A stretch of 64,000 bases of DNA from the human T2T-CHM13v2.0 reference genome, Homo sapiens. Under the pieces are notes generated by a model that worked only from the letters and a program-made list of their open reading frames with translations, made no database searches and was not told where the DNA came from. The stretch lies in NCBI RefSeq assembly GCF_009914755.1, contig NC_060929.1. One strand, given 5' to 3'. This document shows, in pieces, positions 62,201-64,000 of the stretch. The position numbers and the translations under genes were made by a program. Each line of letters opens with the position of its first letter. The stretch's first letter is position 1.

Positions 62201-64000
62201 ACAATATTAGACAGATTATTGGGACAGAAAATTAACAAAGATATTCAGGACTGGAACTCAGCACTGGATCAAGCAGACCTGATAGACATTTACAGAACTC
62301 TCCACCCAAAAGCAACAGAATATACATTCTTCCTATTGCTACACAGCATTTACTCCAACATTGGTCACATGATTGAAAGTAAAACACTCAGCAAATGCAA
62401 AAAACTGAAATTATAGCAAACAGTCTCTCAGACCACAACATCATCAAATTAGAACTCAAGATTAAGAAATTTGCTCAAAACCACACAACTACATGGAAAT
62501 TGAACAACCTACTCCTGAATGACTCTTGGGTAAATAATGAAATTAATGCAGAAATCAAGAAGTCATTTGAAACTAATGAGAACAAAGAGACAACGTAGCA
62601 GAATCTCTGGGATGCAGCTAAAGCAGTGTTAAGAGGTAAATTTATAGCACTAAATGCCCACATCAAAAAGCTAAGAAGATCTCAAGTTAACAAACCTAAC
62701 ATCCCAACTGAAAGAAGTAAAGAAACAAGAGCAAAAAAATCTCAAACCTAGAGGAAGACAAGAAATAAGTAAAATCAGAGTTGAACTGAAGGAGATTGAG
62801 ATACAAAATACCACTCAAAAGATCCACGAATCCAGAGTCTGGTTTTTTGAATAAAATAAAATAGACCACTAGCTAAACTTATAAAGAAGAAAAGAGAGAG
62901 AAGAATCAATAAACAGAATCAGAAATGATAAGGGTGATATCACCACTGACCCCACAGAAATATAAACAACCATCAGAGAATATTATTAAACATCTCTATG
63001 TGCATAAACAAGAAAATCTAGCAGAAATTGATAAATCCCTGAACACATACACCCTTCCAAGACTGAACAAGGAAGAAATTGAATCCCTGAATTGACCAAT
63101 AACAAGTTCTGAAATTGAGGCAATAATAAATAGCCCATCAACCAAAAAAGCCCAGGACCCAATGGATTCACAGTTGAACTCTAACAGAGCTACAAAGAAG
63201 AACTGGTACCATTTCTATTGAAACTATCACAAAAAATCACAAAGGACAGATTCCTCCCTAACTCATTCTATGAGGCTAGCATCATCCTGATACCAAAATC
63301 TGGCAGAAATGCAACAACAACAAAAAAACTTCAGGTCAGTATACTTGATGAACATTGATGAAAATAATCCTCAATGAAACACTAGCAAACCAAATGCAGC
63401 AGCACATCAAAAGGCTTACCCACTATGATCAAGTTGGCTTCATCCCTGGGTTGCAAGGTTGGTTCAACATATGGAAATCAATAAATGTGGTTAATCACAG
63501 TAACAGAACTAGAGATAAAAACTACATGTTTATCTCAATAGATGCAGAAAAGGCCTTCAATAAAATATAATATCCCTTCATGTTCACTCTCAATAAACTA
63601 GGTATTGTAGAAACATACCTCAAAATTATAAGAGCCATATATTAAAAACCTACAGCCAATATCATACTGAATGGGCGAAAGCTTCAAGCATTCCCCTTGA
63701 AAACCAGCACAAGACAACCATGTCCTCTCTTATCACTCCTATTCAACGTAGTATTAAAACTTCTGGCCAGGGCAATCAGGCAAGAGAAAGAAATAAAGGA
63801 TATTCAAATAGGAAGAGAGGAAGACAAATTATCTTTGTTTGTAGATGACATGTTGACGTGATCCTATAACTAGAAAACTTCATCATCTCAGCCCAAAAGC
63901 TTCTTAAGCTGATAAGTAACTTCAGCGAAGTCTCAGGATACAAAATTAATGGGCAAAAATCACTGGCATTCCTATACACCAACAACAGACAAGCAGAGAG
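59300..64000 (+). mobile_element. Older primate L1 (L1PA8-13-like), 5' UTR to RT region, cut by the window end
   Basis: ccaaggtggctgattagaagcagctgc start; ORF1 tail RPALQELLKEAL; ORF2 MTGSNIHITILTL, CCVQETH, GDFN. Confidence 0.88.

Overview
Primate (human-like; AluY and L1PA present) genomic DNA that is mostly retrotransposon sequence. I found no recognisable intact protein-coding gene, RNA gene or CRISPR array. It contains several near-full-length L1s of different ages, a complete THE1 LTR-int-LTR element, a solo MST LTR, six Alus, MIRs and microsatellites. One old L1MA host (~29.3-48.6 kb) is split by four younger L1 insertions, each with target-site duplications (TSDs). Non-repeat sequence is confined to ~1-2.1 kb, a few small gaps and ~48.6-53 kb, which holds a small CpG island with a long hairpin and possible minus-strand splice signals. 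The most unusual signal is that neighbouring, separately inserted L1 copies share apparently private substitutions, including inactivating ones (RT FADD->FAED, a premature TGA, a +1 frameshift), in a patchwork pattern. This suggests local non-allelic gene conversion. Subfamily names and consensus states are from memory, not from a RepeatMasker run, so they need checking.
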